A DNA stretch of 64,000 nucleotides. It comes from Candidatus Rokuibacteriota bacterium (GTDB lineage: Bacteria > Methylomirabilota > Methylomirabilia > Rokubacteriales > CSP1-6). The stretch is taken from NCBI GenBank assembly GCA_003221655.1, contig QHSV01000236.1:1041-65040 (forward strand), written 5' to 3'. The position numbers were made by a program, and so were the translations under genes. The notes beneath the pieces were generated by a model, which ran no database searches, was not told where the DNA came from, and saw only the letters and a program-made list of their open reading frames with translations. Positions 30,540 through 40,030 of the stretch are shown piece by piece; position 1 is the stretch's first letter; each line of letters begins with the position of its first letter.

Positions 30540-31424
30540 TTGGCCTTCTTCTTCGACCTCTTCGTGAACGGGCTGATGATCGGGTCGATGTACGCGCTGG
30601 TCGCCCTCGGATTCGTCCTGATCTACAAGGCCACCAGCGTGGTCAACTTCGCCCAGGGTGATCTGGTGATGTTCGGCGGCTACATCGCGGCCGCGCTCGT
30701 GGTCCTGTACAAGCTTCCGCTGGCCATCGCGCTGCCGGTCTTGCTCGGGTCGATGATCGCGCTCGGCTTCATCGTCGAGCGCGGCGTGTTGCGGCCGATG
30801 GTGGGGCAGAACGTGATCTCGGTGGTCATGGTCACCATCGGGCTGTCCCAGGTCTTCCAGGGATCGGCCGCCATGCTCTGGGGCGCCCAGACCAAGAGCA
30901 TTCCGCTCCCGATCCCTCTCGAGCCGTACGTGATCTGGGAGATCTACATCTCTCCCGTCAACCTCGTCGCCGCCCTCGTGTCAGGCGTCTTCCTGGTCGC
31001 CTTCGCCTGGTTCTTCAGAAAAAGTCGAATGGGTATCGCCATGCGAGCGACCGCTAACGACCAGCAGGCGGCGATGGCGGTGGGCATCAACGTGCGCTTC
31101 ATCTTTGCGCTCTCGTGGGCCATCGCCGGGCTGGCGGCCGCCCTCGGTGGAGTCCTGTGGGGCAACCTCATCGGCGTGGACACCCAGCTCGCGCTGGTGG
31201 GCCTCAAGGTCTTCCCGGCCGTCATCCTCGGTGGCCTCGACAGCGTTCCTGGCGCCCTGGTCGGAGGCCTCATCATCGGGGCGGTCGAGAGCGTGGCCGC
31301 CGGCTACGTCGATCCCTACGTGGGCGGGGGCACCAAGGACTTCCTGCCCTACGTCCTCATGATCCTCGCGTTGATGGTCAGGCCGTACGGGTTCTTCGGG
31401 CGCGAGATCATCGAGCGGGTCTGA
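30540..31424 (+). CDS. livH: ABC permease, LivH-type.
   Basis: TTG start. 294 aa LivH-like. Confidence 0.8.
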   Translation: MAFFFDLFVNGLMIGSMYALVALGFVLIYKATSVVNFAQGDLVMFGGYIAAALVVLYKLPLAIALPVLLGSMIALGFIVERGVLRPMVGQNVISVVMVTIGLSQVFQGSAAMLWGAQTKSIPLPIPLEPYVIWEIYISPVNLVAALVSGVFLVAFAWFFRKSRMGIAMRATANDQQAAMAVGINVRFIFALSWAIAGLAAALGGVLWGNLIGVDTQLALVGLKVFPAVILGGLDSVPGALVGGLIIGAVESVAAGYVDPYVGGGTKDFLPYVLMILALMVRPYGFFGREIIERV

Positions 31425-31437
31425 GGGCGATAGCCAG

Positions 31438-32505
31438 ATGATCAACCGCGAGTGTGGCGTGTACCAGACGACCTACGAAGGCGACATGGCTCTCTACCCG
31501 CTGCCGCTCGCCCGCTACTCCACCCTGGGCGCGGTCGCGATCCTGCTTCTGCTCCCGCTCGCCCTCGACAGCCACGCCATGTCGCTCGCCAACCTCATGC
31601 TGCTGGCCAGCATCGGTGCCATCGGGCTCAATATCCTCGTCGGCTACACCGGTCAGGTCTCGCTCGGACACGGCGCCTTCATGATGGTGGGCTCCTACAC
31701 GGCCGCCCTGGTCACCGTGAGGCTCGGTCTGCCCTTCTGGGTGGGTCTGCCGGCGGGAGGGGCGGTGGCGGCTCTGGTCGGAGCGTTCTTCGGCATCCCC
31801 TCGCTCCGCATCAAGGGCCTCTACCTCGCCATCGCCACATTGGCCGGCCAGTTCATCATCGAGTGGACGATCAACCACAGCACCTGGATCAGCGGCGGCG
31901 TGCAATCGACCCTCTACGTGCCGACGCCCACGTTCCTCGGCTGGGAGATCAACAGCGAGTATCGGCGCTACTTCATGGTGCTGCCCGTCGCGATCGTCGC
32001 CTACGTGGCGGCCCTGAACCTCGTGCGGAGCCGGGTCGGTCGCGCGTTCATCGCGGTCCGCGACCGCGACATCGCGGCCGAGATCATCGGCGTGGACATC
32101 TTCCGCTACAAGCTCCTCGCGTTCGCCGTCAGCTCCTTCTACGCGGGCGTGGCGGGCGCTCTCTGGACCTACTATCTCAAGATCGCGAACTACGAGCACT
32201 TCACGCTCGCCACCTCGGTGTCGTACCTGGCGATGATCATCATCGGCGGACTGGGCAGCGTGCTGGGCTCGGTCTTCGGCGCCGTCTTCATCACCCTGCT
32301 GCCGATCGTGCTCGTATACGTGGTCGAGGGCGGCGCCGCCCTCTTCGGCTTCAAGTACGCGGCGATCGCCGACTTCCTGGCGAACCTCAGACTGATCATC
32401 TTCGGCGGGCTGATCATCCTGTTCTTGGCCATCGAGCCGGAGGGGCTCTTCCGGATGTGGGGCAACGTGAAACGGTACTTTCGTCTGTGGCCGTATTCAT
32501 ATTGA
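31438..32505 (+). CDS. livM: ABC permease, LivM-type.
   Basis: 355 aa LivM-like. Confidence 0.8.
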   Translation: MINRECGVYQTTYEGDMALYPLPLARYSTLGAVAILLLLPLALDSHAMSLANLMLLASIGAIGLNILVGYTGQVSLGHGAFMMVGSYTAALVTVRLGLPFWVGLPAGGAVAALVGAFFGIPSLRIKGLYLAIATLAGQFIIEWTINHSTWISGGVQSTLYVPTPTFLGWEINSEYRRYFMVLPVAIVAYVAALNLVRSRVGRAFIAVRDRDIAAEIIGVDIFRYKLLAFAVSSFYAGVAGALWTYYLKIANYEHFTLATSVSYLAMIIIGGLGSVLGSVFGAVFITLLPIVLVYVVEGGAALFGFKYAAIADFLANLRLIIFGGLIILFLAIEPEGLFRMWGNVKRYFRLWPYSY

Positions 32506-32552
32506 GGAGATGGGGCGTTCGATCCTGTCGTGCCACTGACAAGGAGGGCGAC

Positions 32553-33782
32553 ATGAAAGTCAGAGGATGGTTGACAGCGGTTCTCACCATCGTGCTGGTG
32601 GTGGGGCTGGTGGTGCCGGCGATGGCCAGTCACGTCATCAAGTTCGGTGGACAGTGCGACCGCACCGGGGCGACCAAGGTCGTCGGGGTGGAGATCTGCC
32701 CCGGCCTGACCGACTACGTGGCCCTCGTCAACAAGAAGGGCGGCGTGCTCGGCCACAAGCTCGAGTACACGGAGATCGAGCACGGGTACACGGTGGACCG
32801 CGGCGTGGAAGCCTACGAGCGGCTCAAGCGCGACGGCGCGGTGGCCATCTTCGACTACGGGACGCCGATCGTGTACGCGTTGACGCCGCGGCACATGGAC
32901 GACAAGATCCCGGGCATCACGCCGGGGTTCGGCCGAGCGGACTCCACGGACGGCACCGCCTGGCCCTTTATTTTCCCGATGGCCGCGACCTACTGGTCTC
33001 AGGCGGGCGCCGGCATGCAGTTCATCAAGGACAACGGGGCCAAGAAGGGCACGAAGATCGCTCACATCTACTACGACAACCCGGCCGGGCGCGAGGGCAT
33101 CCCGATCGTGGAGGCCGTGGCCAAGAAGGAGGGTTACCAGCTCCGGCTGTTCGCGGTGCCGCCGCCGGGAGTCGAGATGGGACCTCAAGTGATCGACATC
33201 ACGCGGCGCTTCAAGGCCGACTGGGTGCTCGGCCACCTGTTCGGCCAGGCGCCGGCTGTGTCCATCAAGGAGTTCAAGCGGGCCGGCTTTCCCATGAACC
33301 GCTTCGTCAGCTTCGTGTGGGGCGCCGGGGAGGCGAACATCGAGGGCGCCGGGTGGGACGTGGCCCAGGGCTACATCGGCATGCAGTACAGCTCCACCGG
33401 CCGCGACCTGCCCGTAATCCGGGAGATCGCACAGAAGGTCTACAAGGACGAAGGCAAGGAGGTGCCCAAGTACGTCGGCAGCGTTTACTACAGCCGGGGC
33501 GTGCTGAACGGTGCCATCCTCGCCGAGGGCGTCCGGCTCGCCGTCCAGAATCACGGCCTGCCAGTGACCGGCGACAAGGTGCGGCTCGGGTTCGAGGCGA
33601 TCAAGAACTTCGACCTCCAGGGGTTCTTGCCGCCCATGACCGTGACCGCGAAGGACCACGAGGGCGGCGGCTGGGTGCGGATGTACCAGGTCAAGGGCAC
33701 GGAGTGGGTGGCCATCACCGACTGGATCCGAGGCTACCGTGATGAAGTCATGACGCTGGTGAAGCAGGCCAACAAGAAGTAA
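32553..33782 (+). CDS. Periplasmic substrate-binding protein (type I PBP, Liv-type cluster).
   Basis: ATG preceded by AAGGAGGG. Signal peptide. 409 aa. Paralogous to 25685-27001. Confidence 0.8.
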   Translation: MKVRGWLTAVLTIVLVVGLVVPAMASHVIKFGGQCDRTGATKVVGVEICPGLTDYVALVNKKGGVLGHKLEYTEIEHGYTVDRGVEAYERLKRDGAVAIFDYGTPIVYALTPRHMDDKIPGITPGFGRADSTDGTAWPFIFPMAATYWSQAGAGMQFIKDNGAKKGTKIAHIYYDNPAGREGIPIVEAVAKKEGYQLRLFAVPPPGVEMGPQVIDITRRFKADWVLGHLFGQAPAVSIKEFKRAGFPMNRFVSFVWGAGEANIEGAGWDVAQGYIGMQYSSTGRDLPVIREIAQKVYKDEGKEVPKYVGSVYYSRGVLNGAILAEGVRLAVQNHGLPVTGDKVRLGFEAIKNFDLQGFLPPMTVTAKDHEGGGWVRMYQVKGTEWVAITDWIRGYRDEVMTLVKQANKK

Positions 33783-33784
33783 CG

Positions 33785-34585
33785 GTGGCCATGCTCCGGC
33801 TCAACAACGTCGAGGTGGTCTACGACCGGGTCATCCTGGTCCTCAAGGGGATGTCGCTCGAGGTGCCGGAGCAGCGGATCATCACCCTGCTCGGGTCGAA
33901 CGGGGCCGGCAAGAGCACGACGCTCAAGGCCATCTCCGGCCTCCTCAAACCCGAGCGGGGTGAGATCACCACGGGCTCGGTCGAGTTCGCCGGCGAGCGG
34001 ATCGATCACCGCGGACCGGAAGAGATCGTCAAGCGGGGCATCACGCAGGTCATGGAGGGCCGCCGCGTCTTCGACGACCTGACGACGGAGGAGAACCTCC
34101 TGTCGGGTGCCCACACGCGCCGCGGCCTGGCCGAGATCCGCACCGACCTGGCCGCCGTCTACGAGTATTTTCCGCGGCTGGCCGAGCGGAGAACGCTCAA
34201 GGCCGGTTACCTGTCGGGGGGCGAGCAGCAGATGCTGGCGATCGGCCGGGCCCTGATGGCTCGGCCGCGCCTCATGCTTCTCGACGAGCCGTCGCTGGGG
34301 CTCGCCCCGCTCCTGGTCGAGGAGATCTTCCAGATCATCCAGCGGCTCAACCGTCAAGAGAAGCTCACCGTGCTACTGGTCGAGCAGAATGCGGCGATGG
34401 CGCTCACCATCGCCGAGCACGGCTACGTCATGGAGAACGGACGGATCGTGCTGGACGGCCCCGTGGCAGCGCTGCGCGAGAATCCCGACGTGAAGGAGTT
34501 CTACCTCGGCCTCACCGAGGTGGGGACCCGCAAGTCGTACCGCGACGTCAAGCACTACAAACGGCGCAAACGGTGGCTCAGCTAG
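33785..34585 (+). CDS. livF: ABC ATP-binding protein, LivF-type, with the same basic C-terminal extension (...RKSYRDVKHYKRRKRWLS).
   Basis: 266 aa. Walker A GSNGAGKST. Confidence 0.85.
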   Translation: MAMLRLNNVEVVYDRVILVLKGMSLEVPEQRIITLLGSNGAGKSTTLKAISGLLKPERGEITTGSVEFAGERIDHRGPEEIVKRGITQVMEGRRVFDDLTTEENLLSGAHTRRGLAEIRTDLAAVYEYFPRLAERRTLKAGYLSGGEQQMLAIGRALMARPRLMLLDEPSLGLAPLLVEEIFQIIQRLNRQEKLTVLLVEQNAAMALTIAEHGYVMENGRIVLDGPVAALRENPDVKEFYLGLTEVGTRKSYRDVKHYKRRKRWLS

Positions 34586-34599
34586 AGGAGGGCTGCGTC

Positions 34600-35076
34600 A
34601 TGCGACGGAACGACGTGAGGAGAGGCGTGCTGATGCTGGTAGGAGCTGTGGGCCTGGCGGCCTGCGCAACGATGCAGCCCGAGCCGACTCTCTACGAGCG
34701 GTTCCGCGTCATCGACGGCGTGGGCACCCCACGTCAGGGGCGAGATGCGATCGGGGTCGTTGTCGAGAGCTTTGTGGCCAACATGGTCGCCGACAGCCGG
34801 GTCAATGCGCGGTTCAAGGACATGCCGCCGGCCGCGAAGGGGAAGCTGACGTCCAACCTCGCCGACCAGATCTGCGAGGCGACCGGCGGGCCCTGCTCCT
34901 ACTACGGCAAGGACATGAAGGCGACGCACACGGGAATGAAGATCACCGAGCCGGAGTGGAACGCGACGGTCGAGAACCTGGTCAAGGCGCTCGACACGCA
35001 CAAGGTGGCCGAACGCGAGAAGAAGGACCTGCTCGGCGCCCTCGGCCCGATGAAGGCGGACATCGTCGGCCAGTAG
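34600..35076 (+). CDS. Group I truncated haemoglobin (2/2 Hb, trHbN-like) with a lipoprotein signal peptide.
   Basis: GAGGAGGG RBS upstream. Signal MRRNDVRRGVLMLVGAVGLAAC (lipobox LAAC). Globin core aligns with trHbN (AIGVVVESFV..., GGPCSYYGKDMKATHTGMKI). Confidence 0.7.
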   Translation: MRRNDVRRGVLMLVGAVGLAACATMQPEPTLYERFRVIDGVGTPRQGRDAIGVVVESFVANMVADSRVNARFKDMPPAAKGKLTSNLADQICEATGGPCSYYGKDMKATHTGMKITEPEWNATVENLVKALDTHKVAEREKKDLLGALGPMKADIVGQ

Positions 35077-35080
35077 GCGG

Positions 35081-36598
35081 ATGGGCCCCCAGGCGTTCAC
35101 GGTCTACGACATGCTGGCGCGGGCAGCGACGCTCCACCGCGATGCGCCCGCGCTGATCCAGGGACCGCGCCAGTGGTCCTTCCGCCAGCTCCAGGAGCGG
35201 GCGGATTCGCTAGCGGCCGGACTCGCCGGGCTGGGCGTTTCGCGGGGCGATCGCGTCTGCATTCTCGCCCAGAACGACGCGGCCTATGTGGACCTGTACG
35301 GCGCGTGCGCTCGCCAGGGCATCATCGCGTACCCCATCAACTGGCGGCTCACCGCGCCAGAGGTCGAGCGGGTGGTCGAGCGGGCCGCGCCCAAGATGAT
35401 CGTCGCGGACGCCTCCACCCTGCCGGTGGTGGGCGAGTGGCCCCGCACACAGCGCGCCGTCGCTCACTGGTATCAGCTCGGCGATGCTCCCGCAGAGGGC
35501 TTTCAGGCGCTGTCCAGCCTCTACCGCGAGGGCGTGGCGCCGGCCGCCGCGGACGTCACCGGCGACGATCCCTTCGCGGTGATCTCCACGGCGGCGGTTG
35601 ACGTGATTCCGCGCGGCGCCGTGCTCACGCACACGAACGTCCTCACCGCCTCCTTGGTGATCATCGCCTCTCTCGGCTTCACCGCGGTGGACCGGTATCT
35701 GCTGGCCCTACCGTTGTTCCACGTCACGGCGCTGGGCAATCTGGTGGCGCACCTGCACGCGGGCGGGGCCGGAGTCATGATGACCCGCTTCGACGCCGAG
35801 GAAGCGGTGCGGCTGATCGATGCCCACCACATCACGCACGTCTCGGACTTTCCTCCGGTGCTGGCCAATCTCCTGGACGCGGCGCAGAAGCTCGGCAGCA
35901 AGCTGGCGAGCCTCACGCACGTCTCCGGTCTGGATGCGCCGCCGACCATCCAGCGTCTGCACGCGGAGACGCAGGCCCAGTTCTGGACGGGCTTCGGCCA
36001 GTCCGAGACCAGCGGATTCGTCAGCATTCAGCGCGCGCGCGACAGGCCCGGCGCCGCCGGCAAGCCCATTGCGGTATGCCGGGTGCGTCTGGTCGACGAC
36101 GACGACTGTGACGTGCCCCTGGGGACGCCCGGGGAGATCGTGGTGCGCGGGCCGGTGGTGTTCCAGGGTTACTTCGGCCAGCCGGAGGCGACCGCCTACA
36201 CGCTGCGCAACGGCTGGCACCACACGGGCGACGTGGGCCGCTTCGACGATGACGGCTGGCTCTACTACGTCAAGCGCATGCCGGAGAAGGAACTGATCAA
36301 ACCCGGCGGCGAGAACGTCTATCCCGCCGAGGTGGAATCGGTGATCGTCCAGATGGACGGCGTCAGCGGCGTGTGCGTGTACGGCGTTCCCGACGTCAAG
36401 TGGGGCGAAGCCATCAAGGCGGTCGTGGAAGCTCGGCCCGCCGACCGCTATACCGCTCAGCAGATCGGCGACTTCGTCGTCTCGAAGATCGCTCGCTTCA
36501 AGCGCCCGAGCCGCGTGGTGTTCACCGAGGCCCTGCCTCGGACGGCCGAGGGCGGCGTGGACCGTGACGCCGTGAAGGCTCGCTGGGGCGACGAGTGA
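35081..36598 (+). CDS. AMP-dependent acyl-CoA synthetase/ligase.
   Basis: 505 aa. Adenylate-forming enzyme motifs (GEIVVRGPVVFQGY, TGDVGRFDDDGWLYYV). Confidence 0.85.
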   Translation: MGPQAFTVYDMLARAATLHRDAPALIQGPRQWSFRQLQERADSLAAGLAGLGVSRGDRVCILAQNDAAYVDLYGACARQGIIAYPINWRLTAPEVERVVERAAPKMIVADASTLPVVGEWPRTQRAVAHWYQLGDAPAEGFQALSSLYREGVAPAAADVTGDDPFAVISTAAVDVIPRGAVLTHTNVLTASLVIIASLGFTAVDRYLLALPLFHVTALGNLVAHLHAGGAGVMMTRFDAEEAVRLIDAHHITHVSDFPPVLANLLDAAQKLGSKLASLTHVSGLDAPPTIQRLHAETQAQFWTGFGQSETSGFVSIQRARDRPGAAGKPIAVCRVRLVDDDDCDVPLGTPGEIVVRGPVVFQGYFGQPEATAYTLRNGWHHTGDVGRFDDDGWLYYVKRMPEKELIKPGGENVYPAEVESVIVQMDGVSGVCVYGVPDVKWGEAIKAVVEARPADRYTAQQIGDFVVSKIARFKRPSRVVFTEALPRTAEGGVDRDAVKARWGDE

Positions 36599-36608
36599 TC
36601 CGGGCCGC

Positions 36609-37757
36609 GTGACGGTCTTCGGCGAGCACCATGAGATGTTCCGCGCGACGGTGCGCGCCTTTGTCGAGCGGGAGGTGATGCCGCACGTCGAGGCGTGGGA
36701 AGCGGCCGGTCGCATTCCGAAGACGATCTGGCCGCGCATGGGCGAGCTGGGCTTCCTGGGCGTCGAGTACGACGAGAAGTACGGCGGCGCCGGCGCTGAC
36801 CTGTTCACCACGGCGGTCCTGCACGAGGAGTGCGCGCGGTCGCGGTCCGGCTCGTTCGCGATGGCCGTCGGCGTCCACACGGACATGGCCTCGCCCCACC
36901 TCTACTGGACGGGCAGCGAGCCGCTGAAGGAGAAGTATCTGCCGGCGATCTGCGGGGGCGAGAAGCTCTGCGCGATCGCGGTCACCGAGCCCGGGGGCGG
37001 CAGCGACGTGGCCGCGATCCGTACCCGCGCCACCCGCGACGGCGCCCACTACGTCCTGAACGGCTCCAAGATGTTCATCACGAACGGCGCGCTGGCGGAC
37101 CTGTACTTCGTTGCCGCCCGCGTCGAGGCCGGCGAGACCACGCGCCGCCACCGGGGCATCTCGATGTTCCTGGTCGAGCGCGAGACGCCGGGCTTCGGCG
37201 TGAGTCGTACGCTGGCCAAGACGGGGATGCTCGCCTCGGACACCGCGGAGCTCTCCTTCCAGGACGCGCGCGTGCCGGCCGAGAACCTGCTCGGGCGCGA
37301 GGGCGTCGGGTTCTACGAGGTCATGCGCGTCTTCCAGCGTGAGCGCCTGGTGGCCGGCCTGCACGCGGTCGCCATGTCCGAGCGCGCGCTCGAGGACACC
37401 ATGGCCTACGTCCGCGAGCGCCAGGCGTTCGGCGGCCCGCTCTCGGAGAAGCAGACCGTGCGCCACAAGCTCGCCGATCTCGCCACGCTGATCGAGGCCG
37501 GGCGCTGGCTCACCTACGCGGCGTGCCAGACATACGCCAGGGGCGATGAGGCGGTGCGCGAGGTCTCCATGGCCAAGCTCTTCACCGCCGAGATGGCCAA
37601 CCGCGTCGCCTACGACTGCGTGCAGCTCCACGGCGGCTACGGGTACATGCGGGAGTACGCGATCGAGCGCTTCGCGCGCGACGTCCGGCTTTTTACGATC
37701 GGCGGCGGCACCAGCGAGATCATGAAGGAGATCATCGCCAAGGAGCTCGACCTCTAG
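36609..37757 (+). CDS. Acyl-CoA dehydrogenase.
   Basis: GTG start. 382 aa. ACAD family motifs (TEPGGGSD, QLHGGYGY). Confidence 0.88.
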   Translation: MTVFGEHHEMFRATVRAFVEREVMPHVEAWEAAGRIPKTIWPRMGELGFLGVEYDEKYGGAGADLFTTAVLHEECARSRSGSFAMAVGVHTDMASPHLYWTGSEPLKEKYLPAICGGEKLCAIAVTEPGGGSDVAAIRTRATRDGAHYVLNGSKMFITNGALADLYFVAARVEAGETTRRHRGISMFLVERETPGFGVSRTLAKTGMLASDTAELSFQDARVPAENLLGREGVGFYEVMRVFQRERLVAGLHAVAMSERALEDTMAYVRERQAFGGPLSEKQTVRHKLADLATLIEAGRWLTYAACQTYARGDEAVREVSMAKLFTAEMANRVAYDCVQLHGGYGYMREYAIERFARDVRLFTIGGGTSEIMKEIIAKELDL

Positions 37758-37764
37758 CACCCGC

Positions 37765-38607
37765 GTGAGCGCGCCTGACTTCGTCGCCATCGGGCACGTC
37801 ACTCTCGACCGCATCGGCGAAGCCACGCGCCCGGGCGGCGCGGCGCTCTTCGCCGCCGTCACCGCCCATCGGCTCGGGCTCTCCGTCGGACTCCTCACGA
37901 GTCACGGGGACGACTTCCCGCTCGACCTGATTCCGTCCAAGATCGAGGTCGTCAGCATCCCGGCGGCCGACACGACCCGGTTCGAGCACCGGCAGGGCGC
38001 CGGCGGGCGCGTGTCCCACGTGCGCGCCGTCGCCGACCCCCTGACCGTGGCCGACGTTCCGGACGACTGGCGGGAAGCGGCGCTGACCTTGCTCGCCCCT
38101 GTGCTCGACGAGGTCGACCCGATGATCGCGACCCTGTTCACCGACGGCGCCGTGGGTGCGGCGGCCCAGGGGTGGCTGCGTGACACGGCGCCCGACGGGC
38201 TGGTCGTGCCCCGCACCTGGCGCTCTCCCGATCGCCTCTTGCAGTCGGTCCAGGCCCTGTTCCTGAGCCGCGAGGACATCCTGGGTCAGGAGGACGAGGT
38301 GGTCGAGTGGTTCCAGCGCATGCCGGTCGGCGTCCTCACCGCCGACCGCGACGGTGCGCTCCTGTTCGTCAACGGCGAGCGGTACGAGGTTCACCCGCGC
38401 GCGGCGCGAGAGGTGGACCCGACCGGCGCCGGCGACGTCTTCGCGGCGACCTTCCTCATCCAGTATCAGCGCGCCAGCGACCCGTGGGAGGCCGCGACCG
38501 CTGCGGCGTGCGCGGGCTCGCTCGCCGTCGAGGGGGAGGGCTGGTCGACTGTCGCGGATCGCGCAACGCTCGACGCCGCGCTCGCCGACTACGCGCGCAA
38601 CGGGTGA
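37765..38607 (+). CDS. PfkB-family carbohydrate/nucleoside kinase (ribokinase-like).
   Basis: 280 aa. C-terminal DPTGAGDVFAATF anion-hole motif. Confidence 0.75.
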   Translation: MSAPDFVAIGHVTLDRIGEATRPGGAALFAAVTAHRLGLSVGLLTSHGDDFPLDLIPSKIEVVSIPAADTTRFEHRQGAGGRVSHVRAVADPLTVADVPDDWREAALTLLAPVLDEVDPMIATLFTDGAVGAAAQGWLRDTAPDGLVVPRTWRSPDRLLQSVQALFLSREDILGQEDEVVEWFQRMPVGVLTADRDGALLFVNGERYEVHPRAAREVDPTGAGDVFAATFLIQYQRASDPWEAATAAACAGSLAVEGEGWSTVADRATLDAALADYARNG

Positions 38608-38638
38608 CGGCGGCTGGCGGCGGGTCAGGTCGGGCGCG

Positions 38639-39021
38639 ATGGGGGTCGAGAGGACCACGCGGCACGCGTCCGCTGCTCCGGAGCGGCTGGGCTCCATCCA
38701 GGCGCTCCACTCCAGACGGGGCGCGCGATCTGGGATGCGCTTCCGATCGAGGCGAAGGGCGAGACGTGGGGCGACGAGATCTACTTCGGCATCGGCCTCA
38801 CGGCGGCCGCCGAGGCGCCCCGCGAGGTCGTTGACGCGGGCGACCTCGGCTACTGGCCGCCGGGCCGCGCCTTCTGCATTTTCTTCGGCCCGACGCCGGT
38901 GAGCCACGCCGACGAGTGCCGCCCGGCGAGCCCAGTGAACGTCGTGGGCAAGGTCGTGGGCGACGCCCGGGTCTTCAAGAAGGTGCGCGCGGGAACGCGT
39001 GTGACGATCGAGCGGCAATGA
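38639..39021 (+). pseudogene. Cyclophilin-like-fold protein gene (DUF3830/Cyclophil_like-type) with a frameshift at a G5 homopolymer directly after its ATG. It may be a sequencing indel or a true pseudogene.
   Basis: Frame 1 encodes ...HAARVRCSGAAGLHPGAPLQTGRAIWDALPIEAKGETWGDEIYFGIGL...GDLGYWPPGRAFCIFFGPTPV...TIERQ* with no in-frame start codon. ATG 38639 is in frame 2 and joins frame 1 if the run atGGGGGt had six Gs. Confidence 0.45.
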
Positions 39022-39043
39022 CCCGACTCCGGAGGAGGGCGCG

Positions 39044-39694
39044 ATGAAGATCTTTCTCGACACGGCGAACCTGGGCGAGATCAAGGAGGGCGTGGCGCTC
39101 GGCGTGGTCGACGGGGTGACCACCAACCCCTCGCTGATCGCCAAGGAGAAGCGTCCGTTCCGGCCGCTCGTCGAGGAGATCTGCGCGATCGTCCCGGGCG
39201 ACGTGAGCCTCGAGGTGGTCGCCACGGACTTCGAGGGCATGGTCAAGGAGGGCGAGGAGCTGGCGCAGGTCGCGCCGAACGCCGTCGTGAAGTGCCCCCT
39301 CACGAAGGACGGCCTCAAGGCCGTGAAGTATCTCTCCGGCAAGGGGATCCGCGTCAACCAGACGCTCTGCTTCTCGGCGACCCAGGCGCTCCTCTCGGCG
39401 AAGGCGGGCGCCGTCTACATCAGTCCGTTCCTCGGACGCCTCGACGACATCTCCCACGTCGGCATGGACCTCGTCCGGGACATCTGCGAGATCTACCGCG
39501 TCCAGGGCTTCAAGACGCAAGTGCTGGCGGCGTCGATCCGCAGCCCGCTCCACGTCGTGGACGCGGCGAAGGCCGGCGCGCACGTCGTGACGCTGCCGTT
39601 CGCGGTGCTCGAGCAGCTCATGAAGCACCCGCTGACCGACATCGGCCTCAAGAAGTTCCTCGACGACTGGGCGAAGCTCGGCGAGAAGATCTAA
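39044..39694 (+). CDS. tal: Transaldolase / fructose-6-phosphate aldolase family (short Tal).
   Basis: 216 aa, [22 protein letters not shown]... typical of FSA/TalC-type transaldolases. Confidence 0.85.
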   Translation: MKIFLDTANLGEIKEGVALGVVDGVTTNPSLIAKEKRPFRPLVEEICAIVPGDVSLEVVATDFEGMVKEGEELAQVAPNAVVKCPLTKDGLKAVKYLSGKGIRVNQTLCFSATQALLSAKAGAVYISPFLGRLDDISHVGMDLVRDICEIYRVQGFKTQVLAASIRSPLHVVDAAKAGAHVVTLPFAVLEQLMKHPLTDIGLKKFLDDWAKLGEKI

Positions 39695-39715
39695 CGCCGA
39701 GTACGAGTCGAGGCG

Positions 39716-40030
39716 ATGTCGGGTGCCACGGAGATCCCGACGCTGGCCGGCACGATGGACGAGCTGGCCCGTCGGGGTTTCACCGAACACTTCATCCCGG
39801 CGAATGGAAAGCTTCGTGCCGCGGACAGCGGGAAGGTGTTTCCCGCGGACGAGGTGATGATTTCGGAGTATCACCGTTTCGAGGGCGTCTCGGACCCGGA
39901 CGACATGGCGATCCTCTATGCGATCGAGACACGCAGCGGCCTTCGCGGGACGCTGGCCGACGCCTTCGGTGTCTACGCGGACCCGGTGGTGGGCGCGTTC
40001 ATGAAAGAGGTCGTGTTACGGCCGAGCTAG
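39716..40030 (+). CDS. Conserved hypothetical protein (104 aa).
   Basis: Genome-like codon usage. Its stop forms a CTAG palindrome with the convergent gene at 40027. No family assignable from sequence alone. Confidence 0.45.
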   Translation: MSGATEIPTLAGTMDELARRGFTEHFIPANGKLRAADSGKVFPADEVMISEYHRFEGVSDPDDMAILYAIETRSGLRGTLADAFGVYADPVVGAFMKEVVLRPS

